A stretch of 64,000 nucleotides of DNA from an uncultured Gemmatimonadales bacterium (GCA_963851265.1 CAWKNZ010000002.1:1504001-1568000); one strand, 5' to 3'. Positions 49,414 to 59,169 are shown, counted from the first letter of the stretch. Numbers and translations are program-made. Notes: a model not told the origin generated them from the sequence alone.

Positions 49414-51080
49414 GAGACGGACGGCACGTCGGCGCCGGATCGGCCGAGCGCCTCCAGGTTGGCGCGCGCGGTCGGGTGGTCGGGTCGCAAGTTACACGCG
49501 CGCTGCCACGCGTGGCGCGCGGCGTCCCGGTCGCCGGCCCGCAGCGCCAGCGTTCCGAGGCGCGCCCAGGCCGTCGAGGAACCGTCGGGTGCGAGGCGCG
49601 TCGCTGCCGCGTACGCGTTCCGTGCGCGGTCGAACTGCCCGGCGCGGTAGAGCAGGTCGCCCAGGAGCCGTTGCGCGGGCGCGAGATCGGGCCGTTCGGC
49701 GAGTGCCTGCATCACGCCGCCCAACGGCTCGCCCGCGCCGCGCCCCTCAACGCGCGCGCCCGCGCCACCCGCGCGCAGCGCCGCGTCGTTGGCGAGAAGC
49801 GCCGCCGCGCGTGGGTGCGCGGCCACACCCTCCCGGGCGAGCGCGGACGCGCCGTCGATGTCTCGCACGCCAAGCGCCGCGAGCACGGCGTAGTGGTACC
49901 ACACCGCGGCCGGCTGCGGCCAGTGCGCGCGCGCTCGGTCCAGGAGGTGCCGTGCGGCGACCCAGTCGCGTCGGTCGAGCGCGAGTGCACCGCGTGCGGT
50001 GAGGTGTCGCGGGTCGTCACCGAGCCCGAGTCTCGCGGCGCGCGCGTATGCCTCGTGGGCGAGTTCGAACTGTCCAAGTCGGTGAAGTGTGACCCCGAAC
50101 GCATGCACCGTCGCGGCGCTCGCACCCGGAGTTGCCGCAGCTTCGCCGAGCACGGCCGCGGCCTCGTCGACACGCCCGGCCCGCAACGCCGCCGCGCCGA
50201 GATGCGCGCGGGCTGTCGCGTCCGTGGGCCGCAGTTCGAGCACGCGCCGCAACTCTCGGAGCGCCTCGTCGAGCAGGCCCGCCCGCGCGAACGCGATGCC
50301 AAGGTTGAGGTGCTCGTCGGCCCGCGCCCCCGCAAGTCGCAGCGGCGCGACGCTGGCGTCCGTCGCGACGCGCCGCGCACGCCCGTCGCGGACGAGCGCA
50401 TAGATCGCGCGTGAGACGGCGTACGTCGAGAGCCCGCTCGCGTCGGCCACGCTCTGCACGTCGCGCTGGCCATCGAGCAGCGCGGTGACGCGCCCGATCT
50501 CGTCGGCGGCTACGTCAACGGCGGGGGACGCGGACCAACGCTCGCCACGTGGAACCGTCGCGAACACGCTGCCCACGCCGGGCACCTCGGTCGCGATCAG
50601 CACGCCCTCGTCGGCGCGGCGCGCGGATTCCAAGAGGAGCGATCCGACATCGAGTTGGACGGCCAGTTCGGCGGCAAACGGCGGTACGTCCGAATCGAAG
50701 CTGAACGTACCTCGCGTCCAGCCCAGCAACTCGTACGCGGCCTCGGCAGACTGCGTACGCAAGAGCGCGAGCAGGGCCGCGTGCGGGACGGCACCGCGAC
50801 GGACGAGCAGCAGCCCCAAGGGGCTGTCGGGTTCGGCGGCCTGGGCGACGAGCGCGGCACGCAATTCCGAATCGGGGAGTAGTCCGGCGCGGACGAGCGC
50901 GCCGCCGAGCGGATCGCGACGGTGGGCGAGCGCCGCGTGCGCGACCGCGCCGTCGACGAAGCTGAGCGTGCCGAGCTCGCCGTCGCGCGCGACGCTGAGC
51001 CGGCCCGTCCGCCGGCCTAACGCGAGCAGTTGCACGACGTCGGGGAGCGCCGCCTCGGCGAGATTCCCGCGGAGCGCCAT
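49410..51080 (-). CDS. DUF4388 (PATAN-like) domain plus C-terminal TPR repeats
   Basis: MALRGNLAEAALPDVVQLL..GRRTGRL, W.RGTFSF and LLLESARRADE; HLNLGIAF TPR array. Confidence 0.8.
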   Translation of the reverse strand: MALRGNLAEAALPDVVQLLALGRRTGRLSVARDGELGTLSFVDGAVAHAALAHRRDPLGGALVRAGLLPDSELRAALVAQAAEPDSPLGLLLVRRGAVPHAALLALLRTQSAEAAYELLGWTRGTFSFDSDVPPFAAELAVQLDVGSLLLESARRADEGVLIATEVPGVGSVFATVPRGERWSASPAVDVAADEIGRVTALLDGQRDVQSVADASGLSTYAVSRAIYALVRDGRARRVATDASVAPLRLAGARADEHLNLGIAFARAGLLDEALRELRRVLELRPTDATARAHLGAAALRAGRVDEAAAVLGEAAATPGASAATVHAFGVTLHRLGQFELAHEAYARAARLGLGDDPRHLTARGALALDRRDWVAARHLLDRARAHWPQPAAVWYHYAVLAALGVRDIDGASALAREGVAAHPRAAALLANDAALRAGGAGARVEGRGAGEPLGGVMQALAERPDLAPAQRLLGDLLYRAGQFDRARNAYAAATRLAPDGSSTAWARLGTLALRAGDRDAARHAWQRACNLRPDHPTARANLEALGRSGADVPSVS

Positions 51081-51096
51081 CAGTCGCGCGCCGCGC

Positions 51097-51540
51097 TCAC
51101 GCGAGCTCGCCCGCGAGCAGGTCGCCCGCCTCGGGCCACTGCAACACCCAGTGTTCACCGTCCGGGTACGCGGTCGTCGCAGCCGCCGCACGCGCGCGGC
51201 GGGCGGCGACGAGTGCCGCGGCCTCGCGCACCCGCGCGGGATCGCGGAACTCGCGCGCGGCGGCAAGGCCCGGGTCGACGGCGAGCGCCTCGGCTTCGAG
51301 CGCCGCAAGCTGACGGACGGCGCGCTCGAACGTCGCGAGCAGCGCGTCGACGTCAGGCGCGACGTCGAGCGCGACGGCACGTTCGAGGAGCGACGCGTCG
51401 ACGCCGCGGGCACGCCAGTCCGCTGCGGCCGCACTCACTCGCGCCCGCCACGGCGGTATGGCGTCGTCGAGCGCCGACGCGACGTCCGCAACGAGACTCG
51501 CGAAAGCGTCCGCGCCGACGTCTGTCCTGGCGGTGCTCAC
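51097..51540 (-). CDS. Hypothetical all-helical protein
   Basis: GTG overlaps the upstream stop; protein-like composition (WRARV..W..GVD..LLERA..FRDP..WVLQWP); fills the operon gap. Confidence 0.65.
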   Translation of the reverse strand: MSTARTDVGADAFASLVADVASALDDAIPPWRARVSAAAADWRARGVDASLLERAVALDVAPDVDALLATFERAVRQLAALEAEALAVDPGLAAAREFRDPARVREAAALVAARRARAAAATTAYPDGEHWVLQWPEAGDLLAGELA

Positions 51541-52190
51541 GGCTTCGGCCCCGTCGTCTCCGGCGTCTCGCACGCGCACACGATTCCGAGTCGACGCAGC
51601 GTCTCGATCGAGTCGCGTACGCGCGGCTCGTCGCGCCGGACGGCGCGCGCTATCGCTCCCGTGTCGCGCGTTCCGTCGACCGCGGCCAGGACGGCGAGAT
51701 CGAAGGCAGTGAGGCTCGCTCCCTCGCTGTCGTCGTTCGGCACGTCGGTCGCCAGCCGCGGAACGTCGCACTGCTCACCCACGGCCGCACGAACGCGCTC
51801 GTCGCGCCGGCGCGCGGCGTCGACCAGGATGGCCGAGACGCGCACGCCCTCGAATCTGCCCACGGCCGCGTGACTGTTGCCGGCGTCTCCCGCGCCCGCG
51901 GCGTGAAACGCCCAACGTCCGGCCCCGACCGCGAGTAGCCCGGCGAACGCCTCGGCCAGGTCTTCCGGAGCGGCCGACGTGTGCGCGCCGTAGGCCGCGG
52001 ACACGACGCGGCCGTCGCGCAATCGCACGCGGCCGCCCCCGAGCGGCCCGCCGTCGACCACGAGCACGCCAGTTCGCGCGCCGAGTTCGAGCAACTGCAG
52101 GACGTCGGCGAGCGCGAAACCACTCAGTTCGCCTGCCAGCAGCGGGGTTGCAGTGTCACGCGACGCGAAAGTCGCCACGGGAGCGGTCAC
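51537..52190 (-). CDS. DUF4388 (PATAN-like) domain protein with winged-helix-like C-terminus
   Basis: LAGELSGFALADVLQLLELGARTGVL, ILVDAARRRDE and VLAAVDGTR..GAIA. Confidence 0.75.
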   Translation of the reverse strand: MTAPVATFASRDTATPLLAGELSGFALADVLQLLELGARTGVLVVDGGPLGGGRVRLRDGRVVSAAYGAHTSAAPEDLAEAFAGLLAVGAGRWAFHAAGAGDAGNSHAAVGRFEGVRVSAILVDAARRRDERVRAAVGEQCDVPRLATDVPNDDSEGASLTAFDLAVLAAVDGTRDTGAIARAVRRDEPRVRDSIETLRRLGIVCACETPETTGPKP

Positions 52191-54967
52191 CGCCCGGCTC
52201 GGGGTGGCGCGTTGCCCACCCGCGTGTTCGCGGCGGGTAGTCCGGCGTCCGACGCGTGCCGAGCGCCGTCCGCCGTCGCCCGACGACGGAGTCCCGCGCG
52301 GGCCCGCGCCGCGCCGGCCCCGACGGGCGCGACGCCGAGCGCGCGGCGCCACGCGTCGCGCGCGCCCGGAACGTCGCCGGACGCGGCAGCGCAGTCGCCG
52401 TACACCGCCAGCGCGAGCGGATGCTCGGCGTCGATCGCGAGCGCCTGCAATGCACTCGCCCGGGCGTCGTCGAGCCGGTCCGCGTCGACGTACGCGGCCG
52501 CGATCGTGGCGAGCGCGTCAACGTCACCGGCATCCTGGTCGACGACGCGCGCGAGGTGGGCGCGGGCTGCGGGCAGCTCGCCCTTCGCGATCGCCACCTC
52601 GGCGCGGGCGCGCCAGAGGTCGGGGAGGTCTGGCGTGCGTTCGGCGAGCGTTTGCAGGATCGCGTCGGCGGCGTCCGCCTGGCCGGCGCGCTCGAGCGCC
52701 CGCGCCAGCGCGATGGCCGGACGCGGCAAGGCAGGGACGGCGCGCGACGCCTCGGCCCATGCCTCGGCCGCGGCGTCCCAGGCGCCTAACGCTTCCCATG
52801 CGCACGCGACGTCGGCCCAGTACGCCGCGGGATCGCCGGCCGCGATGTGCTCGCGCCGCGCGTCCGCGCAGCGGGACAGCGCGGCCGCGGAGTCGTCGAC
52901 GGCGCCGCGGTCCGCCGCGGCACGCGCCAGGATCGCGGCGAAGCCCGGAACCGCCGGCCACCGACGACCCGCCGCCTGCGCGCGCTCGCACACCTCGCCC
53001 AGGCGCCCCAGACGGTACAGCGCGCGTAGCACGTGGACTTCCGGCTCCGACTCGGCCGGCGCTACCGCCGCCGCGGCGCGATAGCGCTCGAGCGCGAGCG
53101 CGACGTGCCCGCTCCCCGCGAGCGCGTGGCCCGCGCGCAACAACCCGTCGACACGCGGCGCGCCGCGCGCCATCGCCGCGTCGGCCGCCGCGAGGGCTCG
53201 TTCGTACTCGCCCGACGCGAGCCGCGCGTCGACGTGCGCGTAATCGCGCGCGAATTCCATACGCGTCGCGTCCTGGTCACGCGCGGTCTCGCGCGAGGAC
53301 TCGGCGACGGCGACGCGTACGGCCGAGCCGTCACTCGGCAGGAGCAGCGGCGGATCGACGACGAGCAGGAGACGCGGCGTGGGGAAGCGGACGACGGGGC
53401 TCAGCGCGGCCGCCCGCGCCAGTTCCGCACGCGCCGCGGCCGCGTCGCCGCACGCGCCGGCAGCGAATGCGAGCCCGTACCGGGCCGCCGCGTCGTGCGG
53501 AACGAGTGCGCACGCGCGTTCGTACGCGGCGCGAGCTGCCGCGTGTTCACCGACGAGCGCCAGGGCGCGACCGTGCGCCGCGTGAGCCCCGGGGTCGGTC
53601 GGGGCGAGGCGGACGCCCGCCGCGCCCGCGCTCACCGCCGGTGCGGCGGCACCGGCGTCCGCCAGCAGCAACGCGAGATCGGCGGCGACTGCGGCGCGCA
53701 CGCCGTGCTCGAGCCCGCGGCCCTCGGCCGCCGCGTCGAGCAGGGTCGCGCGCGCGGTCGGGAAGTCCCCCCGGCGCCACGCGACGAGCGCACGGACGAT
53801 CGTCGCCGCGCACCGCGCGAGCGGCGGTGCGCCGCTGTGCGCGACCCCGCGCGCGAGCGTATCGGCTGCGGTCGCGTCGCCGACGAGAAGGCGAGCAGCC
53901 GCGAGCGCGACGGTTTCAGCATCGGCCGGGACGCCCGCGCGCCGCGCGGATTCATACGCGTCGGTGAGCACCCGCTCGGCCGCGACGATGTCGCCACGCG
54001 CGAGATGCACGATGCCCGTCGCGTGCGCGATCGTGGCGCGTTCCCGGTCGCTCGGCGCGGTTCCGGTTTCCGCGGCCCGCGCCACCGCGTACCCGTCCAA
54101 CGTCGCGAGCGCCTCGTCGTAATAGCCCTTGTGCCGGAGCGCGGTCGCGACCGCGATGGCGTGCGCCGCTGAATCCGGCGCGGCGACGGCGTCGTGATCC
54201 ATCGGTCGCTCCGCCGCCGAAGCCACGCTGGAACTCGCGTCGGAGCCGACCAACACCACGCCCGGGTCCAAGCGGGTCAGTACAGGATCCAGCGCCGACG
54301 CGCGGGACCGACTCGCCGCCGCTGCTTCGTCGGCCCCGAGTTCGCCGAGCACGAAGCTTCGCAGCAACTCGGCCTCGGCGTCGTCGGGTGTGACGGCGCG
54401 GACGCGTTCGACGGCCGCGAGCGCGCCCGCGGCATCGCCACGCTGGTACGCGGCACGCGCCTCGAGGAGGTCGAGCATCGCGAACAGCGCGACGTCGCCG
54501 GCGCGTGCGTGAGCGCCCGCACCGGCCCGCGCCCGCGCGACCGCGGTGAGCGCCTCTTCCGGCTGTCCGGTGTCGAGTGCCCAACGCGCGCGCTCGACCG
54601 ACGGCGCGATACCGCCGGCGTCCGCGGCGTCCCACCGCGCGAGCGCACCCGCGGCGGCGGCGAGCTCTCCGCGTGCGGCGTGGTGACGGACGAGTGCGCG
54701 CCACGCGTCCACGTCGGTCGCGTCGGCGCGCACCCGGGCGCGCAGGATCGCGACCTTGGCCTCCGCGGCTTCCGCGGGCAGCGCGCGCAAGTTCCGCCGC
54801 GCGACCGTCATCCCGGCATCGAGCGCGACCGCGCGGCCGAACGCGCGTTCCGCCTCGGCGCTGCATCCCCCACGCTGGAGGACGACGCCGAGGTTGTTCT
54901 GCGCCACGGCGTCGGCTGCGTCGGTGAGCGCGACGAGGCGCGACGCGGCGGCTTCGCCGATGCGCAC
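52187..54967 (-). CDS. Large Ala-rich TPR-repeat protein
   Basis: AQNNLGVVL, HKGYYDEAL and many degenerate TPR units. Confidence 0.75.
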   Translation of the reverse strand: MRIGEAAASRLVALTDAADAVAQNNLGVVLQRGGCSAEAERAFGRAVALDAGMTVARRNLRALPAEAAEAKVAILRARVRADATDVDAWRALVRHHAARGELAAAAGALARWDAADAGGIAPSVERARWALDTGQPEEALTAVARARAGAGAHARAGDVALFAMLDLLEARAAYQRGDAAGALAAVERVRAVTPDDAEAELLRSFVLGELGADEAAAASRSRASALDPVLTRLDPGVVLVGSDASSSVASAAERPMDHDAVAAPDSAAHAIAVATALRHKGYYDEALATLDGYAVARAAETGTAPSDRERATIAHATGIVHLARGDIVAAERVLTDAYESARRAGVPADAETVALAAARLLVGDATAADTLARGVAHSGAPPLARCAATIVRALVAWRRGDFPTARATLLDAAAEGRGLEHGVRAAVAADLALLLADAGAAAPAVSAGAAGVRLAPTDPGAHAAHGRALALVGEHAAARAAYERACALVPHDAAARYGLAFAAGACGDAAAARAELARAAALSPVVRFPTPRLLLVVDPPLLLPSDGSAVRVAVAESSRETARDQDATRMEFARDYAHVDARLASGEYERALAAADAAMARGAPRVDGLLRAGHALAGSGHVALALERYRAAAAVAPAESEPEVHVLRALYRLGRLGEVCERAQAAGRRWPAVPGFAAILARAAADRGAVDDSAAALSRCADARREHIAAGDPAAYWADVACAWEALGAWDAAAEAWAEASRAVPALPRPAIALARALERAGQADAADAILQTLAERTPDLPDLWRARAEVAIAKGELPAARAHLARVVDQDAGDVDALATIAAAYVDADRLDDARASALQALAIDAEHPLALAVYGDCAAASGDVPGARDAWRRALGVAPVGAGAARARAGLRRRATADGARHASDAGLPAANTRVGNAPPRAGR

Positions 54968-54998
54968 GGGACGTGGGACGCGGGGGCCGCGTGGCGCG

Positions 54999-55661
54999 CT
55001 AGACGACGCGCGCGGCCTGCAGGATCAGCTGCAGCGACGCGGGATCGGGCAGGAGCAGGAAGAACCCGCGCAGCCGGTCGGCGACGTCCTGCACGACGAA
55101 CTCGGTCTCGACGACGAACACGTACTCCGCCGTCGTGGTGAGGCGAAGGAATTCCGGCGTCAGCACCGCGGCGAGCTGGTCGATGGCAAGCGTCGGCGGC
55201 GACGGCATCACGACGATGCTCATGAAATCACTGAGCGCGTTGAGGTACGCGCCGCTCAGGATGTTCCCTGCCTCCTTCAGCGCGGACCGCTCCATCTCGC
55301 CGAGCGCGACCGACGCGCCCAGGGGCCGACGGAGCATGCGTTCCGCGAGCCGAAGCACGGTCGGCTTCGGCAACACGAGGAGCGTGCGGCCGGTCAGGTC
55401 GCCCATCACGTCCATGAGCACGGCCGCGACGAGCTCGCTCCCGGGCGCGAGTTGTGGCGCGATCTCGGGCAACGGCGCGACGTGCACAGTCGGCACGCTG
55501 ATCATGATCGGGCTGCCGGTCATCTGCGACAGCGCGGTCGCGGCGTGGCCGGCGCCGATGTTCGCGACTTCGCGCAGCGCGTCGCGCTGCACGGCGTTCA
55601 GCGTGCGCGGGTCGTCGGCGCGGAAGCTGCTGCCGGTCGGAGCGGTGGGTGCGAAGGGCAC
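54999..55661 (-). CDS. cheC: Chemotaxis phosphatase CheC
   Basis: Two active-site motifs DALREVANIGAGHAATALS and SALKEAGNIL; start approximate. Confidence 0.92.
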   Translation of the reverse strand: MPFAPTAPTGSSFRADDPRTLNAVQRDALREVANIGAGHAATALSQMTGSPIMISVPTVHVAPLPEIAPQLAPGSELVAAVLMDVMGDLTGRTLLVLPKPTVLRLAERMLRRPLGASVALGEMERSALKEAGNILSGAYLNALSDFMSIVVMPSPPTLAIDQLAAVLTPEFLRLTTTAEYVFVVETEFVVQDVADRLRGFFLLLPDPASLQLILQAARVV

Positions 55662-57331
55662 GAACGAGGGGGCGTGTCGTCGAAGGCGGGAATCGCGGCG
55701 CGCGCCGCGACTGCGGGGACGTCCAGTACCAAGACGACTTCCCCGCCTTCAAGTATCGTCGCGCCCGCGGCGATCCGCGGAGCGCCGCGCGGCGTCACGA
55801 CGGGCTTGAGTACGCAGTCTCGGGCGCCGATCAACTCGTCCACGCGGACGGCGAACGGCGGCGCATCCGGACCGGGCGAAAGCAGCACGACCTCGGCGCC
55901 GTGCTCGGCAACATGCCCGCGCGCCGAGCAGCCCAGCACCGCGCCGAGCGATGGCGAGCCCTCGTCGCCGGCGCCGCCGTCGCGCGTACCGCGGACGTGC
56001 GCGAGCGGGATCGCGTACGCCGCCGCACCGGCACGGACGACGAGCGCGGGTACGACCGCCCACGAAAGGGGCATGTGCAGCGTGAAGGACGTACCCACCC
56101 CCGCTGTGGTGTGCAGGGTGAGCGCACCGCCTAACGCCCGCACGCGCGCGAGCGCGGCGTCGACGCCGACGCCGCGCCCTGACACTCGGCCGACCTCGCG
56201 CGCGGTCGACAGGCCCGGCATCGCGAGACACGCGAGGAGCGTGGCGTCGTCGACCGTTCCGGCGTCGCCGCCGACGTCGAGGGACGGAGGTAGTCCGCGG
56301 GCGCGCGCGCGTGCGAGCACCGCGGCGCGATCGACGCCGCGGCCGTCATCCTCGACGCGGACGACGAGCGAGTTGCCGTCGCGCGTCACGCGGACGGCGA
56401 CGCGCCCGTCCGCCAGCTTGCCACGCCGTGCGCGCTCGTCGGGCGGCTCGATGCCGTGGTCGACGGCGTTGCGCAGGAGGTGCGTGAGCGGTTCGGCGAG
56501 CGCGTCGATCACGGCGCGGTCGGCCACGACGTCGCCGCCGCTGGTCTCGAGCGTGACACGCTTCCCGGTGGCGCGCGCCGCCTGGCGGACGATTCGAGGC
56601 AGTTCCGCGAGCAGTTCGGCGAGGGCGACCAGGCGGGACGTTCGCACTTCCTCGACGAGTGCGCCCGACACGCGCCCCAGATCGGCAACCGCGCGAGCGA
56701 GCGGCGCGTCGCCCGTGTGCGCCGCCGCGCGTGCGAGGCGGTCGCGCACGTTCGTCAGCTCGCCCGCGAGTTCGAGTAGTCGGTCGAGCGTTTCGGCGTC
56801 GACTCGCACCGTGCGCGTCACGGCGGGCGCTGCCGCGCCGGCGGGGTCGGAGGGGTCGGCCGCCGACTCGACGCGGTTCGTGGGCGACGATCCCGTACCG
56901 GCAGACCTGGCCGCGGCCGCCGCCGACACTCGGTCGAGGCATGCGCGAACGTGTGGCGCCACCTCGGGGCTTTCGGTGGATGCACCGGGCGCGAGTGACG
57001 CCTCGACCGCGTCGTCGAGCGCGTCGATGGCCGCTGGCAGGTGCGGGAAGGCCGCGATGCGCCCGGCGCGCGGGGCGTCGCGCAGGCGGCCGAGCGCGTC
57101 TTCGAGCGCGTGGGCGATGGACTCGACCGCCGAGAAGCCCATCGCGGCGGACATGCCCTTGATCGTGTGCACGCTCCGGAACAGCACGTCGATCTCGTCG
57201 GCCGCCGCATCAGCGTGCATGAGGCGGACGGCGTCGCGAGCGGCGCGGAGCTGCTCGCCGGCCTCACGCGCGAAGAGCGCGGTGTACTTCGCGCTCGACA
57301 GGCCGGGCGCGAGGCCCGCGCCGTCGCTCAG
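55598..57331 (-). CDS. cheA: CheA-like histidine kinase (Hpt, dimerisation, HATPase, short CheW-like domain; no P2); start uncertain
   Basis: LFRSVHTIKGMS, TVRVDAETLDRLL, HLLRNAVDHGIE, DDGRG and SGRGVG; in-frame CTG at 57331 overlaps the cheY stop. Confidence 0.85.
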   Translation of the reverse strand: MSDGAGLAPGLSSAKYTALFAREAGEQLRAARDAVRLMHADAAADEIDVLFRSVHTIKGMSAAMGFSAVESIAHALEDALGRLRDAPRAGRIAAFPHLPAAIDALDDAVEASLAPGASTESPEVAPHVRACLDRVSAAAAARSAGTGSSPTNRVESAADPSDPAGAAAPAVTRTVRVDAETLDRLLELAGELTNVRDRLARAAAHTGDAPLARAVADLGRVSGALVEEVRTSRLVALAELLAELPRIVRQAARATGKRVTLETSGGDVVADRAVIDALAEPLTHLLRNAVDHGIEPPDERARRGKLADGRVAVRVTRDGNSLVVRVEDDGRGVDRAAVLARARARGLPPSLDVGGDAGTVDDATLLACLAMPGLSTAREVGRVSGRGVGVDAALARVRALGGALTLHTTAGVGTSFTLHMPLSWAVVPALVVRAGAAAYAIPLAHVRGTRDGGAGDEGSPSLGAVLGCSARGHVAEHGAEVVLLSPGPDAPPFAVRVDELIGARDCVLKPVVTPRGAPRIAAGATILEGGEVVLVLDVPAVAARAAIPAFDDTPPRSCPSHPPLRPAAASAPTTRAR

Positions 57332-57693
57332 GTCAGGGCCCGCTCGGCCGCTTCGATGACGCGGCCCGGTTGGAACGGCTTCACGACGAAATCGCGCGCG
57401 CCGGCCTGAATCGCCTCGACGACGAGCGCCTGCTGACCCATCGCGCTGCACATCACCACACGCGCGGCCGGGTCGTGCGCGCGGATGGCCCGGACCGCAT
57501 CGACGCCGCCCATGTCGGGCATCACGATGTCCATGGTGACGAGGTCGGGGCGCAGCTCCTGATAGCGCGAGACGGCTTCCGCGCCGGTGCTCGCCTCGCC
57601 CACGACTTCGTAGCCGGCCTGTTGCAGGATGTCGCTGACCATCGCGCGCATGAACAGCGCGTCGTCGCAAACCAGAACCGTGTGCGCCATCAT
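57328..57693 (-). CDS. cheY: CheY-like single-domain response regulator
   Basis: VLVCDDALFMR, PDLVTMDIVMPDMGG, CSAMGQQ and DFVVKPF; GAGGGAGG RBS upstream. Confidence 0.93.
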   Translation of the reverse strand: MMAHTVLVCDDALFMRAMVSDILQQAGYEVVGEASTGAEAVSRYQELRPDLVTMDIVMPDMGGVDAVRAIRAHDPAARVVMCSAMGQQALVVEAIQAGARDFVVKPFQPGRVIEAAERALT

Positions 57694-58175
57694 CGTCCTC
57701 CCTCGGACTCGTCGACCACGTCGCGGATGAGTGCCGCCGCGTCGAGGAGGGGCAGCACCGGGCCGTCGGCGGCGTCGGGCCGCGAGGCATCGTGGAGACG
57801 CACGGCGCCGGCGACCGGCAACACGCGTCCCGACCACACGCGGAGTGGGGCCGTGTTGGACGCATCGTCCGCCCCGAGCGCCGCCGTGATGCGGAGCGGC
57901 GCGCCACCCGCGAGAGCGAGCGTGAGCGGGCCCGCCACCAGCAGGACGACCGCGCGAGGGCCGCCCGCGTGGGGTGCGAGGTCGAGCACGGGGACGATCT
58001 GGCCTCGCACGGCCGCGATGCCCGGGACGTCGGCCGGTGCGCCCGGATACTCCGTGACGCGGTCGATGCGCGCCACCTCACGGACGTTCGCAGCGGGTAC
58101 CGCGATCTGGGTCGTCGCGTCAGCACCGCGTGCGACGGCGAGGACGAGCACGTCGAACGCGGCGTCGGCCGTCAT
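57690..58175 (-). CDS. cheW: CheW-like scaffold (divergent)
   Basis: AVPAANVREV, TEYPGAPADVPGIAAVRGQIVPVLDL and LLDAAALI. Confidence 0.75.
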   Translation of the reverse strand: MTADAAFDVLVLAVARGADATTQIAVPAANVREVARIDRVTEYPGAPADVPGIAAVRGQIVPVLDLAPHAGGPRAVVLLVAGPLTLALAGGAPLRITAALGADDASNTAPLRVWSGRVLPVAGAVRLHDASRPDAADGPVLPLLDAAALIRDVVDESEGGR

Positions 58176-58193
58176 CCGGCGGACCGCGCCGGC

Positions 58194-59169
58194 TCAGTCG
58201 TCGGCGTAGAAGCCAAAGTGGTCGAGTGGGTCCGCGAGGTCCGCGAGCCCGGGGTCGTGCACGAGCGCGCCGAGTGCGCGGCGGAGGTCGTCCGGCGGTG
58301 GCGCGCGGAAGAGCATCTCGCGCCCGTCCGCCGGGTGGCGAAAGCGGAGTTCGGCCGCGTGCAGGAAATGCCGGCGCGGCGGCAGAGAGACGAGGCGCCG
58401 TCCGCCGCCGCCGCCGTACAGGTCGTCGCCGAGTACCGGGTGGCCGATGCTCGCGAGGTGGACGCGGATCTGGTGCGTGCGTCCCGTGTGCAGGCGCGCA
58501 CGGAGGAGATCGCCCGCGTCGCCCCGGGCGAGGCGTGTGAAGTCGGTGCGCGCCGACTTCCCGCCGGCGACGACCGCCATGCGTTGCCGGTTCCGCGGAT
58601 CACGCGCGACGGGCTTCTCGACCGTGAACCGCTCGGTGCTGACGTGGCCCCAACATGCCGCCGCGTACCGGCGTGACACCTGGCGCGCGGCGATCGCCGC
58701 CGAAAGGATGCGGTGCGCGCGCTCGTTTTTCGCGACCGACGAGAAGTCCAGACGTGTCCTTGTCGATACGATGCACCAGACCGGGCCGGTCGTCGTCGCC
58801 GCCCGCATCGCGCGACTGGCCACGGCCGACCAGCGCGTTCACGAGCGTGCCGGTCCAGTTGCCCGGCGCGGGGTGCACGACCATCCCGGCGGGTTTGTCG
58901 ATCACGACGAGGTCGTCGTCCTCGTAAACGATCGAGAGCGGGATGTCCTCGCCGATGACCTCGCGGCCGACCGGCGGCGGAACGTCGACCGCCACGATCT
59001 CGCCCGCGCGCAGGCGCCAGCTCGCCTTCTCGCGCCGGCCGTCGACGGCCACGTGTGCGTTCGCGACGAGCGTCGCGGCCTGCGTGCGCGACACGGCAAG
59101 TCGTCGGGCGACGAAGAGGTCGAGGCGCTCGCCGGCTTCCTCATCGGTCACGGCGAGGCGGTCGGTCAC
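58194..59169 (-). pseudogene. rluD: RluA-family pseudouridine synthase (RluD-like) interrupted by a +1 frameshift near 58737 (pseudogene or sequence error)
   Basis: 5' frame has the S4 domain, DKPAGMVVHP and HRIDKDTSGLLV; one extra G (CTC GTC G GTC GCG AAA); 3' frame continues VAKNERAH...TGRTHQIRVH...GDDLYG...LHA. Confidence 0.88.

Noticed and set aside
58725..58740. Programmed frameshift in rluD at GAAAAAC
   Set aside because: A +1 shift is needed and the frame break lies upstream of the A-run; a single-base insertion explains it more simply
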